DNA of 64,000 bases. Source: Squalus acanthias (taxonomy: Eukaryota). Numbering within the stretch: position 1 is the stretch's first letter; every line of letters begins with the position of its first letter. The DNA is taken from contig CM059433.1 of assembly GCA_030390025.1 (NCBI GenBank), positions 16,742,001 through 16,806,000 on the forward strand. The letters run 5' to 3'. A program made the position numbers and the translations under genes. The notes under the pieces were generated by a model, which was given only the letters and a program-made list of their open reading frames with translations, did not search any database and was not told where the DNA came from. Below, one piece after another: positions 1 to 12,875 of this stretch.

Positions 1-384
1 AAAAATTTAAAATCTTTTTAAAAGTTATAAAAATAAACTTACCTTTCTTTAAAGTCTCTAAAAAAGATAAACCTGTTGAAAAAAATTTAAAATAACACTT
101 AAGTAACTACTTACCTTGTTAAAAGGGGGTCCTACGCCTGCTTTCTTTATGTGTAAAATCTTCACCACTTACCTGCGCGTTCAAACCTGAAAAAAAAACT
201 AAGTGCACTGCGTGCGCACAACCTGTAGCACGCACGCGGTTCACTTAGGAACCGCCCCCTTTGCAATACACGAAGTGCCGGTTTCCCGCGCATGCACAGT
301 GCATGCAGGAAACCGGCAATTCGGGACCTAATACGCGAGAGTACACAGTGCGTACTCTCGCGTATTAGGTTTAATTTTCGGGCC
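1..384. mobile_element. Right end of a non-autonomous PIF/Harbinger-like DNA transposon, related to 28997-29742 and cut by the window edge
   Basis: Shares blocks with 29390-29742 (aataaacttacctttctttaaagt, aaaaaagataaacctgttgaaaaaa, the gccggtttcc...ggaaaccggc palindrome) and ends in TIR-like aattttcgggcc. Confidence 0.65.
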
Positions 385-599
385 ATTGTATATTGAGGTT
401 CCAATCAGCAGAAGGCAGGTGCATCCCTCACAGGGAGGGAGGAAAGGGAATACATAAATAAACCAGAGGGCAAGTCAACTCGGCCAGAAGGCCAGTTACA
501 GAGCAGCACTCGGAAAGGCCTGAGATGCTGCTGTCTACCTATGCTCTCAGCCTGGAGTATGGTGCATGGAACCCGACAGGCTGAGGGGGCTTAAAGGAA

Positions 600-980
600 G
601 AAATTAACTTTCATTTATATAGCACCTTTCAGGACCCCAGGAGGTCCCAAAGTGCTTTGCAACCAATGAAGTACGTTTTGAAGTGTAATCACTTATTGTA
701 ATGTAGGAAATGCGGCAGCCAACTTTGCGCACAGCAAGCGCCCACAAACTGCAATCAAATAAATGGCCAGATCATCTGTTTTTTTAGATGTTGGTAGAAG
801 GATAAATATTAGCCAGTTCATCGGATAAACTCCCCTGCTCGTCGTTGAATAGTGCTGTGGGATCTTTTACATCTACTTGAGAGGGCAGACGGGGCCTCGG
901 TTTAATGTTTCATCCGAAAGACAACACATCTAACAGTGCAGCACTCCCTCAGTACTGGACTGGAGTGTCAGCCTAGATTT
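600..980 (-). mobile_element. Deu-domain SINE (SacSINE1-like), partial
   Basis: Reverse complement of the SINE body seen at 54739-55206 (cacagcaagcgcccacaaac, gccagatcatctgtttt, gcagcactccctcagtac). Confidence 0.75.
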
Positions 981-2039
981 ACAGAAGAGAATGAAAGTTA
1001 AATAAAAAAAATGAAAAGTCAGTATAAAAAGTATAAAAACCTTGTAAGAGCCTGTAGTGCTTAATTAATAATTAATGAAAAACATTTTGCTTCTTTATAC
1101 ATCAACCCACTTCTTTCTCACATTGTTACGATTTTCTGTGAGGAGGGAGGGGTATTATGGGCTATAAACACTTTGCATCATAAATACTACTTCAGAGGAA
1201 TTCCACTTTTTCAGGGCATAATAGGTGGGTTGAGCAGCTATTCTGGACCTGGTCTTTACAAATGATCCAAGTATGGTATGTAAAATGTGAGGAACAGCTA
1301 GCACACAGTAATCGTATTATCATTAGAAGTGAAATGGGTATGAGGGTAGCTAAAAGGGATATGCAGAAATAGTGGACATTAAAATAGCAGACTTTGAGCG
1401 AATTCAAAATGAATTTAAAGAGCTAAACTGGAGCAAATTAATAGTTGCGAAATTAGTCAGTGGGATTCAAAAGTGTGTCCTGGGTATAATTAACAGTGGT
1501 GGACGTAACAACTTTGTGCAGATATCGGGTTCAAACACTGGTATGTAAGCGCATTATGTCCGATTTGAGGTTTCTCTACCAGGCTCAGTTCAGTTTTGCA
1601 TCCAAGCTGGTCTGTACATTACATACTAAAAGATCACCCGAAATGGTACAATGTTTCCTGAGCAGCTAGTCAATAGGTGAACGCACGTTAATATCCCTCA
1701 CCCTGAGATTGTGCAGCAAGGGCGACAATGGCCACCACGAGCCATCCTTTCTTGTTCAAGCTGCAGCAGTGTGGAATTCCCGTCCCCAAATCTATTGTTT
1801 GTTTTTGCATCTGACAATTCCTGTGTTGAGTACAAACATCGGCCGAATGGCCTGCAACTGTGCTGTAAATTCTATGTAGTTCCATGTAAACCAAAGAAGA
1901 GAACAACTTGGTTAAGTATGACGTAAAGAGTAGTATTAATGATAAGAACAAGGCTTTCAAAACATACAGGGAATTTGGAGGATTGAGTAAATAATAAAAG
2001 ACAAGCAAAAGCAGATGAGATAAGTAACAAAAAGCTAAG

Positions 2040-2578
2040 AGAAATGCTGACTATATAATTGCTGAAAGCATCTCAGGAATAAAGGGTTTTTCAAATATAT
2101 GTGCAGCAAGCAAGGAAAGCAAGCATAGGGGTAATTTTAGAGATTTGCTTCGCGCTTCAATATCGGGGATTTGGACAAGGAAAGCAGTGGGCCCCAAAGG
2201 ACCTTTTGTCCAATAATTTCAATAGACAATTCGATATCCCCAGAACAGAAACAGCATCCAGCAAGAGCCGAGAGCAGTGATGAGAGCAAATCAATAAGTA
2301 CAGTAGGACATTTACATGGGGGAGGGGGTAAGATTTTCACATGCGGCATGATTTTCGCAGATTCCACACTAAAAATGTGGCTTTGATTTTCCAATGAGCC
2401 TGCTATGTGAGTCTTGAAGGCGATGGGGACTGAAATTAATGAAGCTTTAACTGGCATTTTGTAAGTTTACTAAATTCAGGAGACACTGCTAATGACTGGA
2501 ACGTCACTAATATAGTTTCATCTTTTAAAAAAGGGTGGAGCGATAAACCTGGAAACTACGGACCAGTGAGTTTAACAT
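2040..2578 (+). mobile_element. Degraded CR1 LINE ORF2 fragment
   Basis: gactggaacgtcactaat...tttaaaaaggg...cctggaaactacggaccagtgagtttaacatc encodes the CR1 motif DW..A.V..FKKG....PGNYRPVSLTS. Confidence 0.6.
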
Positions 2579-2939
2579 CTTGTGCTGTGCTGTGGTGTTG
2601 GTGGATTCACCAGGGAATCTAGTGCTCTCTACCCACCATCTTAAACAATGGGTTAACCAGTGGGATATGCGTCTGTTCATATTGGTACTGGGGGACCTGG
2701 TGGATGCCAACTTCAGCCTGGACATAGTCCTTTGGGACCATACTGAGAAGGGATAAAGGGCACTTTGCTGTCTTTGAAGAAAGATGAAAAAGACCAAAGT
2801 CCCAATACAGATTAAGTAGTTGTGTCATAGGACATATGTCCAAACAGCTAAGCCTTGTGGTACAAACTTCCTAGCAATGCAACTCTCTAACCTATATGTA
2901 AGATCCAGAACCAAGCTGAGAGGTGGATTTGTGGCAAAA

Positions 2940-3100
2940 GATCTACCTGCAATCTTGGATATACAACCCTCTATTTCTTCATCTAAGTCATTGAAATATA
3001 TGGTGAGAAGCTGAGGCCCCAGTACAGATCCCTCAGGATCACCATTGTCACATCTGCCGATAGAGATAAGTAATGGAAAACTTGGGTGCCCCATTTGTTT
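2940..3100 (-). mobile_element. CR1 RT fragment
   Basis: Translates as GSVLGPQLLTIYFNDLDEEIEGCISKIA. Confidence 0.65.
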
Positions 3101-4379
3101 TTACAAGACACAAGTATTCTTTTTATCATGTACTGCCATGTTGAGGACAAGGCTCCTACAGTGATGGCTGCAAAAACTCAAGAAGATCTGGTGTCAGCAG
3201 CAGACTATCTTCTACTACTAAGGTAACCTAGTGCAATCTGCACGTGGCAAGAAGAGGTGAGACAACCAGAACAGATAACCCATTCACTTGTCAGTTGGCC
3301 CACTCCTTCCTCTGAGCCCTTATGGTAACTCTGTATGACTGGCATTTGAAAAGGAGGAATAACCAGGCAACCACTGATGTCAGTAAAAATGTCCTACCCA
3401 ATTGGCTGGCAGAAAATTCACGCTTCCTGGCAACACTGCTGTACATTAACGGCTCAAAGGGATAATCTGACAGCTGATGTCAAAATGTAGGGCATTGGTT
3501 TGTGCAAAGAACTCAGGAAAAACTGTTGCTGGCAGATTATGGTTGAAATATGGAATGAAGCACCACCTAGTGTAGGAAATGGAAAACGGTGGCTTCATTC
3601 TTGAGGGACCATTGCGATCAAGGCGAAGCTAAACAGAAATGAGTATTGCTGTAAAACATTATCCACATGTCACAATTGGCTCAAAAATTACATAAAAATT
3701 GCATCAGTGGAGATGTTAGTTTTGGGTAGCACACAATGTTGTTTATATCAATAATTTAGATGCCTGGATTTATAAGGACTAATTCAGAGCTTGTCCGCTC
3801 AGAGAGCACACCCGCACCTTCAGAGAGCACACCTCACTGAATTCAGCATTAGGCCCGAATGCCAGATCAAGCGATGAAAAATGTATGTACTTTTTCCAGA
3901 CCTTGCAATTAGCATATAAGAGCTTAATTCCACCTCTTAATTTAATTCAATCTTCTGTAATTTGATCCCACACCAAAACCACTGAATGTTTTTCAAACTG
4001 CTCACTCCTTTATACATGGGCACTACTGGGATTTGTTGCTCTGGCCTTTGACAGTTTCCTTCTTAAAGATGTTATCGAATATGTTTACCCTCAGCTAAAG
4101 TTCTGTTTTTTTTGATTTTTGGGGTATAGGTATGACTATTGTCCATGGTGCATAACTACTTGCTGCTGATGTTTGGCACTTTTTCTTGCATTTCAGGACA
4201 GTTTTTCTCCACAGTCCTTTTCTCACAGCAGTCTTGCTGACAGCTTCCATTTCACTTGTAGAATGCAAATATTTCAGCATCAAAGTTCCTTTTGACATTC
4301 CTGTATCAGTTCTAGATTTGGAGAAGGAACAGGAGTGAAGGGAGGCAAAGCAGAAGTGATAGTTCCTCAGGTATTTGGT

Positions 4380-6800
4380 CCCTTCTCCCAGCCTGGGTAG
4401 GCCTAAAGGCACCTGCCTTCCATTATCAGTGGTTCACAAGAGAAGGAAATGGAGGGAATGAGAGAGGTATACAGGATAATGATACACCAAAGAAGAAGAC
4501 GGCAAGCTTAGAGGTGCCCTTCCACCAGAGTCTACAGACCACGCTACTCCCTTCAGGATGCCTAAGAAAAGATTTAGTTAAGGAGGCAATGGTTCAATAA
4601 GGAGGCATAGTAGAAGGTGCTGTGTCTCCACTTCAGAACTGACCTCCAAACATCCTATCAAACACAAAAAATAAAGAAGTGACATAATTCAGAACACTCA
4701 GCTTCATATCACAAAGTGATGTTTCTGTGCACAAATATATTTACAAGTGCTTCCTTTTATCACTATTCTCCATTGTTCTTAAACCTATCCTGGTATCATA
4801 ACTAATGCCTGAGGGCTGGGAACACCAACGATGCTGTGTGGTATCATGATCCTCTTTGGACCAAGCTGGCCCTTGTCTCTGGGTTTCTGTGTCCCGGGAG
4901 GACTCATCAGCAGGCTGTGTCACCGCTGCATGGGTAGCCTGATCCTGTATTCTGCCAGCAACATGAGCAGGTTTCTGAGAGGGCTGGCTGAAAAGGTTAC
5001 ATGAGCTGTCATCAGGAGTGAGCATGGCATCATGAAGGCAGATTCTAGCCATGCCTGGATCTCAGTACCCACTGATCCTGGGACCTGGATCTGAGTGCCC
5101 ACTAATCAGCAAGAGGGCCAATCTGATGGTGCCTCAAAACTCTGAGAAGCCAGGTTTTATTGTTCTCTCCAAATGGTTCCCCAAACCCAGTGGTCAGTAG
5201 CCTTTGGATGCACAGACTGTTCTCGAGCCATCTCTGTCAGATGGTCTTGGTGCTACCATTTAAGAACATAAGAACATAAGAAATAGAAGCAGGAGTAGGC
5301 CATTCGGCCCTTCGAGCCTGCTCCGCCATTCAATGGGATCATGGCTGATCTTCTGCCTCAACTCCATTCACCGGTCCTATCGCCATATCCCTTGATGCCC
5401 TTACTAGTCAGAAATCTATCGACTTCTGTTTTGAATATTCCCAATGACTGAGCCTCCACAGCCCTCTGGGGTAGAAAACTCCAAAGATTCACCACCCTCT
5501 GTGTGAAGAAATTTCTTCTCATCTCAGTCCTGAATGGCCTACCCTTTATCTTGAGGCTGTGGCCCCTGGTTCTAGACTCCCCAGCCAAGGGAAACATTCT
5601 CCCAGCATCCATCCTATCGAGCCCTGTAATAGTTTTGTATGCTTCAATGAGATCCCCTCTGATTCTTCTGAATTCAAGAGAATACAGGCCTAGTTTACTC
5701 AATCTCTTCTCATATGACAGTCCCGCCATCCCAGGAATCAGTCTCGTGAACCTTCGTTGTACTCCCTCTATGGCAAGTATATCCTTCCTTAGGTAAGGAG
5801 ACCAAAATTGTACACAGTACTCCAGGCGTGGTCTCACCAAGGCCCTATATAATTGGAGTAAGACTTCTTTATTCCTGTTCTCAAATCCTCTTGTAATGAA
5901 AGCCAGCATACCATTTGCCTTGCTAATGGCTTGCTGCACCTGCACATTCACTTTCAGTGACTCATGTACAAGGACACCCAGGTCCCTTTGAGCATCTGCA
6001 TTCCCCAATCTTTCACCATTTAGGAAATACTCTGCCTTTCTGTTTTTTCTACCAAAGTGGATAACTTCACATTTATCCACATTATATTCCATCTGCCATG
6101 TTCTCGCCCACTCACTGAGCCTGTCAAGATCCCCTGAAGCCTCTTCACATCCTCTTCGCAACTGACACTGCCACCTAGCTTTGTATCATCAGCAAATTTG
6201 GAAATGTTACATTTAGCCCCCTCATCCAAATCATTTACTTCAGGAAGCACTGCAATGTGTTGAGTCCTTCATGGTTAGGTAACTTATTGTGACTGCTCTG
6301 GTGAGGTCATTAAACTTCTTCGTGCACTGCAAAGGAAATCTGGGGCTCAAGTAGGTGGCACTCATTGTCACATTGTTTACTGCATTCTTTGCAAGAATCA
6401 AGCCCTTGCCCTCAAAAAGACAGTTTTTCTTGCTCCATATTTCCATTAGAAGGACATGTAGGTCTGATTTCCTTAAGTTTGCTGTTTATTTTTCAACCTG
6501 GCTGTCATCTTTGTTGCCCAAATCACCTGCTCCTTCCGGTGTTGACATCACCCTTTTAAGCAGCAACACATTTTATATCCTGCTGCTGCAGCAGGTCTCT
6601 GCCTTGTTTCCAGGTACTTTCTGTTCCACCCCCATCACCACCCATTCAGGACTCATTTGGGGACTAACTCTCACCTCTGTGGTAGTTTTCAGCCCCCGGC
6701 ATATCTGAGGCAATTCAAGCTGTATTGAGACATCTTGTGCGTCTCTGCATATTTAAATTAGTTGGCCCCACAATTTACAGTGAGATCGGTGCCACAACTT
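4380..6800. mobile_element. Old decayed PIF/Harbinger element, interrupted by a CR1
   Basis: Minus-strand Myb/SANT remnant LQCTKKFNDLTRAV at ~6290-6335. The flanking segments loosely resemble the other Harbinger copies. Boundaries are approximate. Confidence 0.45.
5263..6238 (-). mobile_element. 5'-truncated CR1 LINE (RT C-terminus plus 3' UTR)
   Basis: NDLDEGAKCNISKFADDTKLGG and LVRPRLEYCVQFWSP...FFTQRVVNLW, with a short-repeat tail (aagaacat)n at 5261-5285. Confidence 0.92.
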
Positions 6801-6829
6801 CATGGCAGGCTGAAGCCCTGCTCTGCCTC

Positions 6830-7510
6830 AGTGCTGGCAGTGCAACGGTGCCATCAGAAGTTTGGACCCTACATCTCCATATTGCCCACTTAATGTTGAG
6901 TCATGGATGTGCCAGAACTTTTTTAACATTGGGAAAACTGAATTCATCTTATTTGATTTCTGCCAGAAACTCCATACGCTTGCCCCTGACACCATCCCCC
7001 TCCATCGGCTCACTCAAGCTGAAGCAGATGGTGCCAGACTGCTTACTTCGCTCTTCAGGATAGTGCCAGCTGAAATACTTAGCCACATTTTGTTATCTCA
7101 AAAACTTTCTCCAAAACCCTGCTCCAGAGCTCCATCCTACATATACTACAACTTAATCAAAACTTCACCGCCTTCATCCTAGCCCACACCTATGCCCATT
7201 CACCTGGCACCCCCATCCTCACTGACTTTCGCTGACTCCCTGTCCTCCAACACACTGAATTCCACATCCTTGTTCTTGTTTACAAATCCCTTCATAGCCT
7301 CACCCTACCACAGATCTGCAACTTCCAGAAGCTCAGCATCCCAAACTGTGACCCTTGGTCCTCCGAATCTGGCCTCTAGAGTATTCCCCTCTCACCACTG
7401 CACAGTTGGTAGTAAAGCCATCAGTTACCATAGCCCTACTCTCTGCAACTACCAGCATAATCTTCGATTTGGGACACTTTATGACGCCAAAAGAACTCTA
7501 AGTTTTGTTG
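6830..7510 (+). mobile_element. Highly degraded L2 LINE 3' region
   Basis: SWMCQNFFNIGKTEFILF remnant and similarity to the L2 at 24160-24890. Confidence 0.55.
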
Positions 7511-7779
7511 TGATAATAGGACTAAAGGGCATGTCTGTAAGATATGTGAACGATTCAGGTTAGATGTCAGGAAGTATTTATTTTCTCAAAAGATTGTCAC
7601 CTTCTGGAAAGGCTACCAACAGATGACTTTAAGAAATGGCTTGACAAATTCTTGAGTGAGGATAACGCTGCGGCCTATCAAGAATGTATGGGTTAGTTAA
7701 ATTCATTCAGAAGAGGAAGAAGTAGAGAGAAAAATCAGAGGGGAAAAAGCCTGTGCTTTTGCCCCAGGCAAAAAAGAGT

Positions 7780-8018
7780 CGGGGAGTTATCCCTGGTGTC
7801 CTGGCCAATATTTATCCCTCAATCCACATAACAAAAACAGATTATCTGGTCAGTATCACATTGCTGTTTGTGGGAGCTTGCTGTGTGTAAATTGGCTGCC
7901 ACGTTTCCCACATTACAACAGTGACTACACTCCAAAAGTACTTCATTGGCTGTAAAGCGCTTTGAGACGTCCGGTGGTCGTGAAAGGCGCTATGTAAATG
8001 CAAGTCTTTCTTTCTTCT
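7780..8018 (+). mobile_element. Deu-domain SINE 3' half
   Basis: ggtgtcctggccaatatttatccctcaa...gtgggagcttgctgtg...aaaggcgctatgtaaatgcaagtctttc. Confidence 0.8.
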
Positions 8019-10144
8019 TTCAGGCAGGGAGCTGGAGTTGTGGCGAGAAACTACAGTAGGCCTCAAATTATTAATTGTAGTTGGAAAACAACAAATAAAT
8101 AGGAGATTGGGAAAAATACTGATGTTACTTAATGAGATCTGAAGGTGAGACTGACGATTTTTCTCAATGTCAGCAGTACTAATGATTATTGGTATTACTC
8201 GGACCAAACAGAACTAATGTTTGAAATACATTTATTTATGCTTTAAAGATCATATAAGAAACCTGGCACATTGACAAGTCACGTTGGTTATCTTGCTACA
8301 GCCTATTGTACCTGCAGTGGGTTCACGTCCTAAAATTAAGTTTTTAAAAAAACTCGGTAAAATTTTTGGAGGCATTTCCAGTGTTTCTACTGGCAAATAT
8401 TAAAGCAGGAGACCAGGAGAATCCCTCCGGAATTTCAAGGCCAATATCTCCCAGTTGGAGTAAAAATGAGATGCTACTTGCAGGCTCAGGAATGGACTGT
8501 TTTCAGCTAAAGCTGGAAGATAACTTGACCTCCACACTTATGCTGCTTTTGTGCATTTTGCTCATTTATTTTGTGCATGTTCCTCATTAATTTTTGTGTT
8601 TTGTATGCACCCGACTTGATAAGAATGACACGTTTGACATTTTCCACCGCAGCACTGGGACTAGCGGGAACACCCATTTGAGGTCTCATTACCTTTAGGA
8701 ATTCTTGTTTCCCTATAAAAGATTTTTTTTAAATGAAACGACCCAATGGCAGGTAAGTGTTTCATTGATAAAGTGCTCATTTAGACGGATAGCTCTTTCT
8801 GGGCTGTGGCATGTGATAAACACGCAGTCTCTGTTTAAACTCTACCAAAGTGCCAACTTGACAACTTTATAAACGATACTTAAGAACTTGCTATTGGTAG
8901 TCACACAGCTAGCTGTCTTAAGGATTCTTGTCAGATCTGAAAAATAAATTCTCAGGAAGATTTTTATGAAACGCCATTTCAAACATGCTTTAATTTTCTG
9001 TGGTTTTCCTTCCACAAAAGATTGATTATTAGAAATAAAGTCATACATTCAACGGTCGAGTAATCATTTGACTTATGTAAAATGAAAAAAAAACACCCAA
9101 TCTTTTCAGTATAAATCCCGATTAAGAATAACAACTTAATTTACCATCCATGAATAAACTCAATTCAAAGCCAAATGGGTGTAATTCAATCACTGAAGAT
9201 TTACCTTGAGGTAATTATTCATTCTATGTTATTCAAACCAGCCAATCAAAACAAGTTTGTTATGATTTGCCAATCATCAAAATTCAATTCTCAACTGCTT
9301 GGGCCATTTGACTTGGTGTGCCCTTTTTGCATGCTATCAAAATAAAACATGCAAAGTTAAATATCAGTGGATAAATGCTCATCTTAGCATGGTAGATCTT
9401 GGAATGAATGTTTAATACAGGAGCTTATAATTTGCTTTATTTTCAAACGTGTCATTCTTATCAAGTCGGGTGCATACAATCAAAATTAATGAGGAACATG
9501 CACAAATAAATGAGTAACATGCACAAAAGCAGCATAAATAAAAATGGAAAAACTGATCTCAGGCAAAGTAGTAATGGAGTAGTAGAATTGGCTTCGTCAT
9601 CTCATGGGTTGGGAGGGGAAAACTCAGCCAAGGTTTCTGCTTCTGATCTCTATCGGGGGCCCCTGGTGGAAAGTGTGGATGTCAAGTGAAAATAAGATTG
9701 AGTACAAATGTGATACTCCTACAATTGAATGGCCTCCTAATGTTCATGAATCAAGACTGGCCACTCGGAAGCGATACCAGAGTACGGCCTGTGTCTGTTC
9801 TATTATGTCACTGGCCCGATATTCCTGGGGTGGAGAGGGGGTACGCTGTGCATTTATGGCCGGGAGGGGGCAGACAGCCCCAATCTTAAGGTTGTGAGGC
9901 ACTGGGAGCGGGGGAGTCCGATTGTGTGGGGGAAATCCGGAAGTAAGTGCAGCTCGTCTGTCAGTGGCTTTTTAGCTCAGCCACCTCATTATCATTTTAC
10001 TTCCGGGTTTCCCACCCAATCAGCAGCAGCGGGCGTGATGTGGACCCGCATGACGCAATCTCAACTCCAGTATTTAATGGGGCAATCCAAACAGGCAAGT
10101 TGAAGGAGTTTGGAGTTGGCTATCAGAGAACTGGAAGTGTCAGA

Positions 10145-11735
10145 ATGGAGTCTAGACGGGCAAAGGCTGTGCCCCGTTTCACTGATGCCTCCCTGGATGT
10201 GCTCCTGGGGGCTGTGAGGAGTAGGAGGGAGATACTCTTCCCTAGCAACGGGAGGAAGAAGCCCACAGCTGATACCAAGAAGTCGTGGTTAGAGGTTCCA
10301 GAGGAGGTCAGCAGCAGGAGTGTGGTGCCACGCTCCTGGATCCAGTGCAGAAAGCAGTTTAATGACCTAAGCAGGTCAGGAAGGTGAGTACAGTGGCGCA
10401 TTCACCTACATCCTGCTGTGTGCATCACTCCACCCTCTCACTCTGCCTTCTCAAGCCTACTCCATCACATAACTCCTCACACCCACTTACCTTGCAGGTG
10501 CACCCATCCTTCTCTTTCTATGCACATCCTCACATCCCCATCTCTCCATCCACCACTCCCACTCACCCTTATCCCTATGCAATTTCATGCCTCTTCCTCA
10601 TAGTCACCCTCAACAAATGCTCTCCATCCATTGGGTGAACACATGCCATTACACTCACTCGTAGGTCTGTTCTTTCCCTCTTTGCAGGAGAAGAGAGCAC
10701 AGAACACCAGGAAGAGGGAGAGACCTGGAGGCAGCCCTCTGTAGATCATGCAGCTGACAACTATAGAGGAGGAGGCAATGGAGATCAGTGAAGTTATGGC
10801 GTCCCTGGCTGTCAGAGTTGGGGAGATGGGGAGCTCCAGCTACCTGAATACACAATTAAATAAAAGCCACCCACATGTCATACGCCACTCAGTCATGTTG
10901 ACTTGGTTTCAACAGCGAGTGAAATATGATCATCTTCATTATGATAACTTGCAACATTCTTACCTTGCCATGACTAATTCATGTCTTTTATCTCCTATAG
11001 GGCCTTCACGCTTGCAGCAGAAGTCGTTGGACGTGGTGGGCGACGATTCCTCAGAAGAGCTGAGTCCTTCTGAGGCTGCACCATCATACAACTCATTCAA
11101 ACCATGTACCAGCTCAGATACTCACACATCAGTGGGGCCAGTAAGACAGATAGTTGGGTTTTTCACCTGGCGACTCACACTTCACAAGTGATGGTGGAGA
11201 CAGGGACAGCAGTGGAAAGTCCGTATCGGAGGGTGCAGCCCTCTCTAAGCACTGTTCAGCTGGACAGAGATGCTGTACCCTAGGAGCCGTTGATGAAGAG
11301 CAGAATCATTGAGCAGCAGCAGACAATGTGCGATGCACTGACAGGCCTTCAAAGTAGACTCACCACAATTGCAGAGAAATTGGTGGAGTCCACCTCAAGC
11401 ATGAGGGGGGTGATGTCACAGGCCATTAGGATGATGTTTCTTCCATGGATAGAGTGGCCACACCATGGACCGTCATACTCTCCAATCAACTGAGTCCATG
11501 CACGCCTTCAACACCACTGTGCAGAATCTGTATGCTAACATGTCTGCCACCTTAAATAGGTTGACAGCTACCTTAGCCTTGGCCTTACGGGGCCGCACTG
11601 ATCTGGACCAAAGTGTTCTCCAGCACAGTGGTAGCAGTGAAGTGCGGCTGGGTCATGAGAGGGATGATGGCGAAAGAGGTCATGGAAGTGGGGATTCCAC
11701 TCAAAGCGCTTCCACTTCTCACCCACAGCCCACCT
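10145..11735 (+). pseudogene. Harbinger Myb/SANT-like DNA-binding protein gene (spliced, decayed)
   Basis: MESRRAKAVPRFTDASLDVLLGAV...WLEVPEEVSS...RSWIQCRKQFNDLSRSGR is followed by a GTGAGT donor at 10384. An acceptor ttgcag near 10687 opens EKRAQNTRKRERPGG. Downstream exons are disrupted. Confidence 0.75.
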
Positions 11736-11736
11736 C

Positions 11737-12875
11737 TCAGTCAGGGATGCTCAAGAGGGCAGAATTAGAGGAGCGCAGATATCTCGGGGGGGGGGGGGTG
11801 GTTGTGGGGCTAGAGGAGATTACAGAGATAGGGAGGGGTGAGGCCATGGAGGGATTTGAACACAAGGATGAGAATTTTAAAATCGAGGTGTTGCTTAACT
11901 GGGAGCCAATGCCAGGGATGCCCTCATTAATGCACGGTTCACTTAGGTTGCAATAGTGGGCCCACGAGAGGAGTGGTGGTGAGGTAGAGCTGGGTGTCGT
12001 CAGCATACATGTGAAACTGGCGCTGTGTTTTCGGATGATGTCGCCAAGGGGCAGCATGTAGATGAGAAATGGGAGGGCCCAAGGATAGATCCTTGGGGGA
12101 CACCAGAGGTAATGATGTGGGAGCGGGAAGAGAAGCCATTGCAAGTGATTCTCTGGCTACAATTAAATAGATAAGAATGGAACCAAGCGAGTGCAGTCCC
12201 ACCCAGCTGGACGATGGTGGAGAGGCTTTGGAGGAGGATGGAGTGGTCAACCGTGTCAAAGGCTGCAGACAGGTCGAGAAGGACGAGGAGGGATAGTTTA
12301 CCTTTGTCACAGTCACAAAGGATGTCATTTGTGACTTTGATGAGAGCCATTTTGGTACTGTGGCAGGGGCGGAAACCTGATTGGAGGGATTCAAACATGG
12401 AGCACCGGGAAAGATGGGCACGGATTTGGGAGGCGACAACACGTTCAAGGACTTTGGAGAGCAAAGGGAGGTTGGAGATGGGGCGATAGTTTGCAAGGAA
12501 GGAGGGGTCAAGGGTTGTTTTTTTGGAGAGAGGGGTGATGACGGCAGATTTGAAGATGGGGGGGACAATACCCGAGAAGAGAGAACTGTTAACAATATCA
12601 GCTAACATGGGAACCAGAAAAGGAAGTTGGGTGGTCAGCAGTTTAGTGGGAATTGGGTCGCGGGAGCAGGAAGTGGGTCTCATGGAAAAGATAAGTACAG
12701 AGAGGTCGTGAAGGGAGATCGGAGAGAAACTGGAGAAAGATGCGCGGTCAGGGCTAGGGCAGGGGGTAACCTTAGAGGAAGCTTGGATCAGTCGGCCAGG
12801 GGAAGGAAGGGAAGTGGCAGAGGCAGCTGATCAGATGGTCTCAATCTTAGAGCAAAGAAGTCCATGAGTTCCTCG
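11737..12875 (-). mobile_element. L2 LINE RT fragment inserted into the Harbinger element
   Basis: NYRPISNLPLLSKVLE, QSGFRPCHST, LLDLSAAFDTVDH, GVPQGSILGP, YADDTQLY. Confidence 0.9.

Noticed and set aside
4087..4315. Possible minus-strand host exon (good polypyrimidine acceptor near 4313)
   Set aside because: All three frames hit stops before the putative donor, and there is no recognisable protein or partner exon.
5358..6161. Long ORFs here and at 41182-41991, 24105-24863 and 12000-12683 as host genes
   Set aside because: All are RT-region fragments of CR1 or L2 LINEs.
10145..10387. Domesticated MSANTD/NAIF1-like host gene
   Set aside because: Downstream exons contain stops, an L2 interrupts the locus, and related decayed copies occur at ~6300 and ~61400-62220, so it is a transposon copy.
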